This document shows positions 33,708-42,278 of a stretch of DNA of 42,638 bases, one piece after another. Source of the stretch: Candidatus Woesearchaeota archaeon (GTDB lineage Archaea; Nanobdellota; Nanobdellia; Pacearchaeales; GW2011-AR1); NCBI GenBank assembly GCA_964472575.1, contig CAYYLH010000001.1:1-42638 (forward strand), given 5' to 3'. Within the stretch, counting starts at the first letter, position 1, and each line of letters opens with the position of its first letter. The notes beneath the pieces are model-generated. The model had not been told where the DNA came from. It searched no databases and saw only the letters and a list, made by a program, of their open reading frames with translations. Made by a program: the position numbers and the translations under genes.

Positions 33708-34585
33708 AATAGTGATGGTCTCCTTGATTTAATTAAACCTAAGAACATAACCTGCATAAGCATAACCATAATAAACAAACCAATAAATACAAACTGAATC
33801 ATCCTACCTTCTAATCCTAATATAGAAGATAAAATAGTAATAAATGTAATAGCTAAAGCAGGAAGAATAACAGATATAAGCATATAAAACATAATCAAAG
33901 GATTCAATTTATTTCCATAATTCTGAATCTGAATCAACTGCTCTTCATGTAAAGCATGAATACTATCACTAATAACAATAGCCATATCACTACCTGCATT
34001 CATACCATTACTAATCTGCCACAAAGTCCTTCTAAAAAATACAGAAGGATTATTCTCACCTAAATCCTCTAATACCTCTTTCTCAGACTCACCAGCATTA
34101 ATTCTTTTAACAGCTTTTTTAAACTCAACACTTAACTGACCATAATCAGAAGATGAAATATTAACCATAACACTAAACAAAGGCACACCTGAATTAACCT
34201 GAATTAACATATCTTCTAAAGCAGGTAATAAATTCCTCTCAATATCTTTCTGTCTTCTAGAAACATAAATCCTAGGATAAACCAACTGAGAAAAAACAAT
34301 AAATCCAGAAAATAAAATAGCAATTACTAATCCAAATAAATAAAAAAATCCAACCCTTAAAAAAGCAAGAACAGTAGTAGAAAAAACTAATAATCCTAAA
34401 AAACTAATAAAAAAACTCCTCATTACAATAGAAAGATACTCCTCTCTTGTCAAAGAGATATTACTATTCTTCAGATTCTCTCCTAACTTGGTCTTAGACT
34501 TATGTTTAATTCTTTTTAAAAAATAATCACTCTTTCTTCTAAGCTTTTTATAATCTGAAAAAGTAAACGGAATCTTAAATTTCAT
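33704..34585 (-). CDS. Type IV filament platform protein, single T2SSF domain (TadB/FlaJ N-half-like)
   Basis: LPALEDMLIQVNSGVPLFSVMVNISSS...EVLEDLGENNPSVFFRRTLWQISNGMNAGSD with TM helices. TAATG overlap with the ATPase stop. Confidence 0.75.
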   Translation of the reverse strand: MKFKIPFTFSDYKKLRRKSDYFLKRIKHKSKTKLGENLKNSNISLTREEYLSIVMRSFFISFLGLLVFSTTVLAFLRVGFFYLFGLVIAILFSGFIVFSQLVYPRIYVSRRQKDIERNLLPALEDMLIQVNSGVPLFSVMVNISSSDYGQLSVEFKKAVKRINAGESEKEVLEDLGENNPSVFFRRTLWQISNGMNAGSDMAIVISDSIHALHEEQLIQIQNYGNKLNPLIMFYMLISVILPALAITFITILSSILGLEGRMIQFVFIGLFIMVMLMQVMFLGLIKSRRPSLL

Positions 34586-36336
34586 TATTCCCTCCCTAAT
34601 AACTCTTTTATATTATTTCCTTTCATCAACTTTCTTAATCTTTCAATACCAGTATAATAAACATTCATAATCTTTCCAAAATCATTAAAATCTCGAATCT
34701 TATTCTTAATCATCCACTCTAAAACAGATTTCTTTTCTTCTAAATTCTTTTTTAACTCTATTTCAGCTAAACCAGTATGTCTTTGTAAATCTTCAAAAAA
34801 TCTAGATGATTCAGCATGTCTTGCAATTCTATCTTCCTCAGGAACCCACCTATATAAAATATTAGCACTAGCACTATCATCTCCTGCTTCAAATTCTGCA
34901 ATCTGAAATACCCTTCTTATACCTCTTCTTCTATCTCTAAACATTACAACATTCAAATTAACAGCTCTTAACAAATTAGCAGGAATATTCAAAGGAGGAT
35001 TTGTCAACCTAGAAATAGTCTCAGCAGCAGAGTCAGCATGAAGAGTAGCATAAACACTATGACCAGTATGCATAGCTTCAAACAAAACCATTGCTTCTTG
35101 TTGTCTTCTCATCTCACCTAAGATAATTCTATCAGGCCTCATTCTTAAAGAATTAACTAATAAATCTAACATTGAAACCTCTCCTTTTCCTTCTGGATTA
35201 GGACTTCTAGTAACTAAAGGAGTCCAATATAAAAAATCAGGTAACATTAATTCTCTTGTATCTTCAACACTAACAATCCTATGATTAGGAGGAATAAAAG
35301 GCATACATGCATTTAACAATACAGTCTTTCCAGAAGCAGTTCCACCAGAAATAATAACATTCATCTCATACTCAATAGCTAACCATAATAAAACAGCTGA
35401 ATCAATATCACAAGTCTTATTTCCAATCAAATCAATAATAGTATATGGATCTCTTGCAAACTTTCTAATTGTAATTGTATTTCCTTTAGTAGAAACAGGA
35501 TATAAAATAGCATTAACCCTATCACCTGTAACTAAATGAGCATCTAACAAAGGAGTTAAAACAGTAATCTGTCTTCCTACTCTTCTAGCAACAATATTAG
35601 AATAATTAACAATCTCTTCTTCTTTTTTAATCCTTAGATTAGTTCTAATCCATCCAAACTTTTTATGATAAACTCTTATTGGTTCTTTAGAAGATGGAAT
35701 AACTACTTCTTCTAGTTCAGGGTCATTAACTAAAAACTCTATCTCTCCTAATCCTAACATATCTTGCATTAACTTTCCAACAAGATATTTCTTCATTTTT
35801 TCATCTAAATGAGGAAGCTTTTTATTCAAAAGTTTATTTGTCTCGCTCATAAACCTCTTTTTAATATCATTAAAAGCATGAGGGTCTAAAATCTCTTTCA
35901 TACTAACAGTAGTCATACTAACTAACTCAGCCCTAATATCTGATAATAAACACGCAGTTGCAATACCTATTTCAGGAACTAATAAATTATAACTAATCCC
36001 TGATTTATCCTTAACAACCTCTACTTTAATCACAGCACCATCTCTTTCCAAAGTACAAGTAGATAAAACTCCGTGAGGCAGATGTTTATGTTTCTTTTTA
36101 TTCTCTTTAATAGCCTTAGCATTAACAGCCTTATTAATATCAGATTTCATATCCTTACTAACTACAAAAGGCTTAGGCTTTGCTTTAACTATTCTAATCT
36201 CACTTCTTTGATTTTTTCTTTTTTCCTTTTTTCTTGTCTGTTTTTTGTCTCTTGCTCTTTTGTTTGTTGCCTTTCTTTTCTTTGTCTTCTTGCTTGTTGT
36301 TTTGTGTTTTTTGTTTTGTTTTATTTTCTTTTTCAT
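34585..36336 (-). CDS. Type IV filament assembly ATPase (FlaI/VirB11/TadA-type, T2SSE family); start uncertain
   Basis: Walker A ISGGTASGKT, DRIILGEMRRQQEA, and His box HTGHSVYATLHA. The first ~62 aa are polybasic and overlap the upstream ORF; an alternative ATG lies at 36150 (MKSDINKAV). Confidence 0.9.
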   Translation of the reverse strand: MKKKIKQNKKHKTTSKKTKKRKATNKRARDKKQTRKKEKRKNQRSEIRIVKAKPKPFVVSKDMKSDINKAVNAKAIKENKKKHKHLPHGVLSTCTLERDGAVIKVEVVKDKSGISYNLLVPEIGIATACLLSDIRAELVSMTTVSMKEILDPHAFNDIKKRFMSETNKLLNKKLPHLDEKMKKYLVGKLMQDMLGLGEIEFLVNDPELEEVVIPSSKEPIRVYHKKFGWIRTNLRIKKEEEIVNYSNIVARRVGRQITVLTPLLDAHLVTGDRVNAILYPVSTKGNTITIRKFARDPYTIIDLIGNKTCDIDSAVLLWLAIEYEMNVIISGGTASGKTVLLNACMPFIPPNHRIVSVEDTRELMLPDFLYWTPLVTRSPNPEGKGEVSMLDLLVNSLRMRPDRIILGEMRRQQEAMVLFEAMHTGHSVYATLHADSAAETISRLTNPPLNIPANLLRAVNLNVVMFRDRRRGIRRVFQIAEFEAGDDSASANILYRWVPEEDRIARHAESSRFFEDLQRHTGLAEIELKKNLEEKKSVLEWMIKNKIRDFNDFGKIMNVYYTGIERLRKLMKGNNIKELLGRE

Positions 36337-36931
36337 CTACCTCTTTTTTACCTCCTTTTTTATTTAAACTATCTCCTTCATCACAACTCTTTTCATTTTT
36401 ATCTTCTTCACCTTTCTCATTTTTATGTTTTTCTTTTAAAGTTAAAACAGGTTCTCCAAATCCAGGATAATCAATCATAGCAAGATTACTAGACTCTAAA
36501 ATTCCTGCCCACTCCATAGCTAAATCTTTAGAGATTTTAAATTTCTTTTCAATTGTACTAATCTTTATCTTTTTAGTTTGTTTTAAAATCTCATACAAAG
36601 TATCTATATCAGTAGTTGCATGTTTTTGAATCTTTTCAAAATCAATCCCAACCAATTCATTTTTTTTATTTTTAACACCCTTATCTTTAAAATACACAAT
36701 AAATAAAGCTAGTAATAATAAAATCCACTCAGCAATAATCAATCCCTTAGATAAAGGAGAAAGACTATTCTTAGCATTAATAATTACATCTTTAATAGAA
36801 TTTCCAGTCAAACCATTACTAAAACTAAATCTCACACCAAACCTATAAGCATACAATCCAGTACTAACTAAAAATAAAAAGAATACAATTAAGAAAACTC
36901 TAAAAAAAACTGGTTTTTCCTCTTTTACCAT
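36200..36931 (-). CDS. Membrane-anchored winged-helix-like protein with K/E-rich tail
   Basis: Two TM helices (FFRVFLIVFFLFLVSTGLYAY; IIAEWILLLLALFIVYF), then a wHTH-like TLYEILKQTKKIKISTIEKKFKISKDLAMEWAGILESSNLAMIDY. First gene of the minus-strand pilus operon. Confidence 0.55.
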   Translation of the reverse strand: MVKEEKPVFFRVFLIVFFLFLVSTGLYAYRFGVRFSFSNGLTGNSIKDVIINAKNSLSPLSKGLIIAEWILLLLALFIVYFKDKGVKNKKNELVGIDFEKIQKHATTDIDTLYEILKQTKKIKISTIEKKFKISKDLAMEWAGILESSNLAMIDYPGFGEPVLTLKEKHKNEKGEEDKNEKSCDEGDSLNKKGGKKEVDEKENKTKQKTQNNKQEDKEKKGNKQKSKRQKTDKKKGKKKKSKK

Positions 36932-36981
36932 ATTATATAAAAATGTTTATATACATTCCTAAATAACTATATATTGAGGAT

Positions 36982-36989
36982 TTTATAAA
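36982..36989 (+). promoter_or_regulatory. TATA box (TTTATAAA) for the plus-strand pilin-like operon, in the 74-bp divergent intergenic region
   Basis: Its centre is about 20 nt upstream of the ATG at 37006. Confidence 0.4.
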
Positions 36990-37005
36990 CCTTATTAAAA
37001 AAGAG

Positions 37006-37428
37006 ATGAAACAGAAAAACAAAGCACAAATTGGAATGGAATATCTTATTGTAGTTGGTTTTGTAACCTTTATTATAATAGGAATAATGGGGCTTGCAAT
37101 GGTCTATACAGGAGTAATAAAAGATAGAATTAGAAGCAACAAAATCAACTCATTTGCAGACAAAATAATCTCTACATCAGAATCAGTCTACTATAAAGGA
37201 AGTCCATCAAAAGCAACAATAGAAACCTATCTACCTGAAAATGTAAACCAAATAACAATACAAGATAATAGTTTAGTAATTAATAGTTCTACTAGTTCTG
37301 GAGATAACCTAGTTGCATTTGAAAGTAATGTTCCTATTCAATTACAAGGAGAAATAAATCCAAATCCAGGGGTAAAGAATATTCTTATAACAGCAAATGA
37401 AAACACTATCACACTCTCACAAACATAA
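37006..37428 (+). CDS. Pilin-like protein (class III signal peptide, Q at +1)
   Basis: MKQKNKA|QIGMEYLIVVGFVTFIIIGIMGLAMV. Confidence 0.75.
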   Translation: MKQKNKAQIGMEYLIVVGFVTFIIIGIMGLAMVYTGVIKDRIRSNKINSFADKIISTSESVYYKGSPSKATIETYLPENVNQITIQDNSLVINSSTSSGDNLVAFESNVPIQLQGEINPNPGVKNILITANENTITLSQT

Positions 37429-37822
37429 AAAAGCACAAGCAGCTATTGAATTTTTAATTATAACAGGTTTTGCTTTATTCTTTTTTGCCACATTCCTAAT
37501 TACTATTCAAGCTTCAAACTCTGAAAAAACACAAGAAAAACAAGCACTACTAGTAAAGAATCTAGCTAAATCAATACAAGACGAACTAACACTAGCACAA
37601 GAAGCAAGTAATGGATATCAAAGAACATTTACACTGCCTGAAAAATTAGGAAGTTTAGAATATACAGCACAAGTAATAGAACAATCAGTCTATATAACTG
37701 CTCAAGATGAAAAATACGCAATCTCACTTCCAGCTCCTAGAATACAAGGACAACTAAACAAACCAGGAGACAATACAATCAAAAAAATAAATTCAACAAT
37801 CTATCTAAATGAAAACCCATAA
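37397..37822 (+). CDS. Pilin-like protein (class III signal peptide, Q at +1)
   Basis: ...HKHKKA|QAAIEFLIITGFALFFFATFLI. 32-nt overlap with the previous gene. Confidence 0.7.
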   Translation: MKTLSHSHKHKKAQAAIEFLIITGFALFFFATFLITIQASNSEKTQEKQALLVKNLAKSIQDELTLAQEASNGYQRTFTLPEKLGSLEYTAQVIEQSVYITAQDEKYAISLPAPRIQGQLNKPGDNTIKKINSTIYLNENP

Positions 37823-38312
37823 TAAATCAAACAAAGCACAAACATGGGGGATAGACCTTGTAATAGCAATGACAATATTCTCAATAGCAATTATTATCTT
37901 TTTTTTATATTCAATTAATTTTGCAGGTTATGAAACAACAGAATTCAAATCACTAGACTATGATGCAGAAATAATAGCAGACTCTATACTATCTCCAGGA
38001 AGCCCTGAAAACTGGACAACAGATAGTGTAGTAATTCCAGGAATTCTAACAAACAATCAAATCAATCAAACAAAACTAGATAATCTTAAAACACTAACAT
38101 CTACACAAGAAAACTATCAAACAACTAGATTAAAATTCTCTACTAAGTATGATTTTTACTTTTTTTTAAAAGACTCTCCTAATAATGGAATAGGAAAACC
38201 AAATACAGACCCAGAAACAATAGCAGATGAAAAAGAAAATCTAGTTAAGATTACAAGATTTACAATCTATGAAAATAAACCTAAAACAGTCTACCTATAC
38301 CTATGGGATTAG
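37809..38312 (+). CDS. Pilin-like protein (class III signal peptide, Q at +1)
   Basis: MKTHNKSNKA|QTWGIDLVIAMTIFSIAIIIFFL. 14-nt overlap with the previous gene. Confidence 0.65.
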   Translation: MKTHNKSNKAQTWGIDLVIAMTIFSIAIIIFFLYSINFAGYETTEFKSLDYDAEIIADSILSPGSPENWTTDSVVIPGILTNNQINQTKLDNLKTLTSTQENYQTTRLKFSTKYDFYFFLKDSPNNGIGKPNTDPETIADEKENLVKITRFTIYENKPKTVYLYLWD

Positions 38313-38331
38313 ATTAAAAATTATAACTAAA

Positions 38332-40959
38332 ATGAAAATATTAAAAAATAAAAAAGCAATATTCTTTTCAACAGATGCACTAGTAGCACTCTTTATAATC
38401 ATGATGACACTACTAGTTGTATATATCTCTATAAATGCAGGACAAAAAAATACTCAACTAGAATCAGATACACTAAAAGTAATGTCAGAACTAAAAATAA
38501 ATAATATTGATAATTCTTATGTCCAATCACTAATTAGTCAAGGAGAAATAACAAACCCAAATAACTCAATACTAGAACAAATAGGAGAGTTTTATATTAA
38601 TGAATCAATAGAATCTCAAACAATGGCTAGTGCATTAGCAGAACAAATACTAGATGAACTAGACACAAATGAAAATATAGGAATATGGTATGGAACTGAT
38701 TTAATTGCTTCTAAAAACTCAACACCAATAGATAATGCACAAGAAATAATTCTATCATCACAAACAATTACAGGACTGCAAAAAGGAGAAAGTGCTAAAG
38801 GATACTCATCAAGAGCATATCTATCAAAAGCAGATAATGTACAATACTACTATTTTGGAGGTTATATTGGTGATGGAAATATCTCAATGCAAATACAAGC
38901 ACCAGGAGAAGTTATAGATATGGAATTTGAAATCGCAATAAATAATGACTATGATTTATATATTAATAATCAATTCTCAGGACACTATGAAAAATCACAA
39001 GATGAATACACACCTCAAACCTATTTACCAGAATATGAATCTAACTTTCAAACAGGAACTAATCTAATTGAATTTAAATCTTCTAATAACCTATACATAG
39101 CAGGAGGATATCTAAAACTAACATTTAATTCTTCATCAGATATAAGTTCAAATAAAAAATACAATTTTATGGGAATAGATGGCTTAATAAATATCTATGA
39201 TGGAATTTATATTCCAGAAGAACTAACATCTATGAATGTCTTTCTAAACTACACCTCTAATGTAAATATGTTTCTAAATATTGCAAATAAAACAATATTT
39301 AATGAATCATCAGAAACACAAACACAAGAAACAATTACTAATTCAGAAATCCAATCAAAACTAAACTATGAAGATTTAACAGGAAAAACAGTTCCAATTA
39401 GATTAGGTTTAGAACAAGTTCAACAACAAGGAACAGGAGGAGGTATTGCAGATATTGTATTTGTAATTGACTCAACAGGAAGTATGGGTGATGAAATTCA
39501 AGATGTATATACAATTGCAGAAGACTTTGCAGACGAACTAGTAACACAAGATATTGATTATAGGTTAGGAATTATTGAATTTAAAGACTATCCTAAGAGT
39601 AGCTGTGGTAATACAGGATGTGATTATGGTTGGGGTGGTTGGTCTTGTTGTTTATCTAATGATTGTTCAATCCCTTCTGTATGTGAATCTTGTGGAGGAA
39701 CCTATAATGAAGATAATGCAGATTTTCCTTCTAAAATTCATTTATTTAATTCAAACGAATTTACAACCTCTTCTATTGATTTTAAAACTAAAATAAATAC
39801 TCTTACAGCATCTGGTGGAGCAGACTGGCCAGAGTCACATCTAACAGCTATTAATGATTCTATATATCTAAATTGGAGAGAGAATTCTAAAAAAGTAATA
39901 ATTGTTTTAACAGATGCACAGCCTCATGCAAAAGATTGTTATATTTATGATTCAGATACTTATGAATCTTGTTATGAAGGCCCAGAATATATCCAAGATG
40001 TAATTGAAGATTTAGTAACTAATGATATAACTTCTTATTATGTTTCAAAAGACACAACAGGAAGTTCAGGAGGCCTTTGTGATAACAGACCTATGGCAGA
40101 CAATATGACAAATGAAACAGGAGGAAAATTCTATGCTTATACAGAATCTCAAGGTGTTCAAGATATAATAATAGACATAGGAAGAGAAATAGTAGAAGTA
40201 ACCTATGCAGAACAAACAGCAACATCAATAGGAGATATCTATTCTTATCTATCACCAACATCTTATATAGAACTAAACTATAATAATCCAACAAACCCCT
40301 ATGGATTAGTAATAACCCTAGAAAGTGAAAACTTCAATTCTTCTGGAAGTCTAAATCTAACACTTCCAGAAAATGCAACATTTTTAGAAGCAACAACTAC
40401 TTCTTATTCAGGCCCAAGATGGACAAAAACCCTTACAATTAATAATCAAGAAGAATTTAATATAGAAGCTTATGGAAATGATTACATAGAACTAGGAGAC
40501 CCTTTTAATATACAAATACCTAACTCAACAGCGATACAAAAATCAAGTATAATTCAATTACTAACAGGAACCTCTCCTGCTGACAGCTATCCAATCTCAA
40601 CAGCTAGTAAGATAATATATAAAATAATAAAATCATTCCAAGCTTACTCACCTGTTGTATCAAAAGCACAAGGATGTGAATGGAACATCTCATTAGAAAA
40701 TAATGAAATAATACAAATTAACACACCTTCAACATATACAGGAAATAATAAATGTTCTTTCACTCCTGAAAATATAATCTATGATGTTAATGATGCAATA
40801 CAAACATCTGTATATAACTTACTAGAAAAATTAGATTTTAATAACAATAATAAAATTGACTTTTCAATCTCATCTCAAAACCTTCAGTTTGACTCAACAG
40901 AACTTTCAGGCATTCCTTATACTTATGAAACAGAAATACAAGTAAGAATATGGAGATGA
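38332..40959 (+). CDS. Large pilin-like protein with vWA/MIDAS domain carrying a Cys-rich insert; putative tip adhesin
   Basis: The ATG at 38332 gives MKILKNKKAIFFSTDALVALFIIMMTLLVVYI. MIDAS DSTGS (39469-39483), ASGGADWPES and IIVLTDAQPH. Insert SSCGNTGCDYGWGGWSCCLSNDCSIPSVCESCGG (~39598-39700). Many N-x-S/T sequons. Confidence 0.8.
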   Translation: MKILKNKKAIFFSTDALVALFIIMMTLLVVYISINAGQKNTQLESDTLKVMSELKINNIDNSYVQSLISQGEITNPNNSILEQIGEFYINESIESQTMASALAEQILDELDTNENIGIWYGTDLIASKNSTPIDNAQEIILSSQTITGLQKGESAKGYSSRAYLSKADNVQYYYFGGYIGDGNISMQIQAPGEVIDMEFEIAINNDYDLYINNQFSGHYEKSQDEYTPQTYLPEYESNFQTGTNLIEFKSSNNLYIAGGYLKLTFNSSSDISSNKKYNFMGIDGLINIYDGIYIPEELTSMNVFLNYTSNVNMFLNIANKTIFNESSETQTQETITNSEIQSKLNYEDLTGKTVPIRLGLEQVQQQGTGGGIADIVFVIDSTGSMGDEIQDVYTIAEDFADELVTQDIDYRLGIIEFKDYPKSSCGNTGCDYGWGGWSCCLSNDCSIPSVCESCGGTYNEDNADFPSKIHLFNSNEFTTSSIDFKTKINTLTASGGADWPESHLTAINDSIYLNWRENSKKVIIVLTDAQPHAKDCYIYDSDTYESCYEGPEYIQDVIEDLVTNDITSYYVSKDTTGSSGGLCDNRPMADNMTNETGGKFYAYTESQGVQDIIIDIGREIVEVTYAEQTATSIGDIYSYLSPTSYIELNYNNPTNPYGLVITLESENFNSSGSLNLTLPENATFLEATTTSYSGPRWTKTLTINNQEEFNIEAYGNDYIELGDPFNIQIPNSTAIQKSSIIQLLTGTSPADSYPISTASKIIYKIIKSFQAYSPVVSKAQGCEWNISLENNEIIQINTPSTYTGNNKCSFTPENIIYDVNDAIQTSVYNLLEKLDFNNNNKIDFSISSQNLQFDSTELSGIPYTYETEIQVRIWR

Positions 40960-41099
40960 TTAAAATAATAAAACTAAACAAAAAAGGATAAAAAAGAGAT
41001 AAAAATAACAATATAAAAAATAAATAATAAGACTGCTAAGAAATAAGTAATACCCTTGCACAAGTCAACGCAATCCAGGCGAAGCATTAATTAAATAAA

Positions 41100-42011
41100 A
41101 TGAAAATAAATAAAAAATCAAAAAAAGCACAAATATTCACTGTCCTGACTATAGCAATCATAGCCTTATTCTTTATCTCATATGAAGTCTACTCAATACT
41201 ACAAACACAATCAAATCTAAAAGACAGGGTGCTCTCAATAGATAGTTTTGTATTCTCCTTAGAACAAGACCTAAATAGAAAACTCTATGCATTTGGATTT
41301 AGAACAATATTTTTAGCAGAAGACTATCTAACCCAAACAGGAGGTTATATTCAAAACTTCTCTGAACTAACACAAGAGGCCTTTTTTAATGGAACAATTA
41401 ATAATCAAGAATCACAAATCCTAGCAGGAGTGTATTATGATGATTTAATACAAACAATAAATCAAAAATCAGAAAAGATAAATGCTAATGTAAATATAAC
41501 TAATACAGAAATTAAAGTCTATCAAACAAATCCTTGGCAAATTACATTTGAATTCTCATTCAACCTATTAGTAGAAGATAAATCCCAACTAGCTAAATGG
41601 GATAAACAAGAACTCATTATAACTAACATTCCCATCACAGGATTTGAAGACCCTTTATACACAATTAATACAAACTCTTTAGTAACCAATACAATCAATC
41701 AAACAATCTACACACTTCCTACTTCAAATACAGACACACTACTAAATCACACAGAACAAGGATTATACATAGCATCTACATCAGCTCCTAACTTTATACA
41801 AAGACTAGAAGGAAATTTAACACCAAATTCAAATGGAATAACCTCCTTAGTTTACATTCCAAGTCTAACACAACAAGGAATAACATCACAAGATAAATCT
41901 ATTCAGGACTATATTTACTTCTCAGATGAAAATCCAACATCTTCACAAGTATCAGGCATGCCTTCTTGGTTCTATTTAGATGATGATAGTGTTAGTAATT
42001 ATGTTAGTTAA
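41100..42011 (+). CDS. Pilin-like protein (class III signal peptide, Q at +1), 303 aa
   Basis: MKINKKSKKA|QIFTVLTIAIIALFFISYEV. Sequon-rich (NFS, NGT, NIT, NQT, NHT, NLT). Confidence 0.65.
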   Translation: MKINKKSKKAQIFTVLTIAIIALFFISYEVYSILQTQSNLKDRVLSIDSFVFSLEQDLNRKLYAFGFRTIFLAEDYLTQTGGYIQNFSELTQEAFFNGTINNQESQILAGVYYDDLIQTINQKSEKINANVNITNTEIKVYQTNPWQITFEFSFNLLVEDKSQLAKWDKQELIITNIPITGFEDPLYTINTNSLVTNTINQTIYTLPTSNTDTLLNHTEQGLYIASTSAPNFIQRLEGNLTPNSNGITSLVYIPSLTQQGITSQDKSIQDYIYFSDENPTSSQVSGMPSWFYLDDDSVSNYVS

Positions 42012-42082
42012 ATAATCAGATTTAGATAACCTCTTCTATAAACCAAAACCCACAGGTTCATTAATTAACCCTCTAAAAATAA

Positions 42083-42220
42083 AATAATTATACCTTACAA
42101 GATAATAAAATAATAATTCTAAAATCATACACACATTACCTAACAATCTAAAGATTATGAATTTCTTTCTAATTAATTAACACTAATCAAATCTTAGCTA
42201 AGTAATTAAAATATTTCAAC
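42083..42220 (+). repeat. Dispersed intergenic repeat, B module (42083-42170) followed by A module (42171-42220)
   Basis: ...catacacacattacctaacaatctaaagatt... then aattaattaacactaatcaaatcttagctaagtaattaaaatatttcaac. Confidence 0.8.
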
Positions 42221-42278
42221 AATATAAATATGAAAATTATCAGCAGAAAAAATTACCCATTTCTCATACTAACTAAGA

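Noticed and set aside
31930-36336. Interpreting the FlaH/FlaI/FlaJ-like trio as an archaellum (motility) operon
   Set aside because: No FlaF/G/X or FlaC/D/E-like genes are present, and none of the filament proteins shows an archaellin-type domain. The platform is split Tad/Epd-style, and the pilins have Q at +1. An adhesion-pilus interpretation fits better, although phylogeny is needed.
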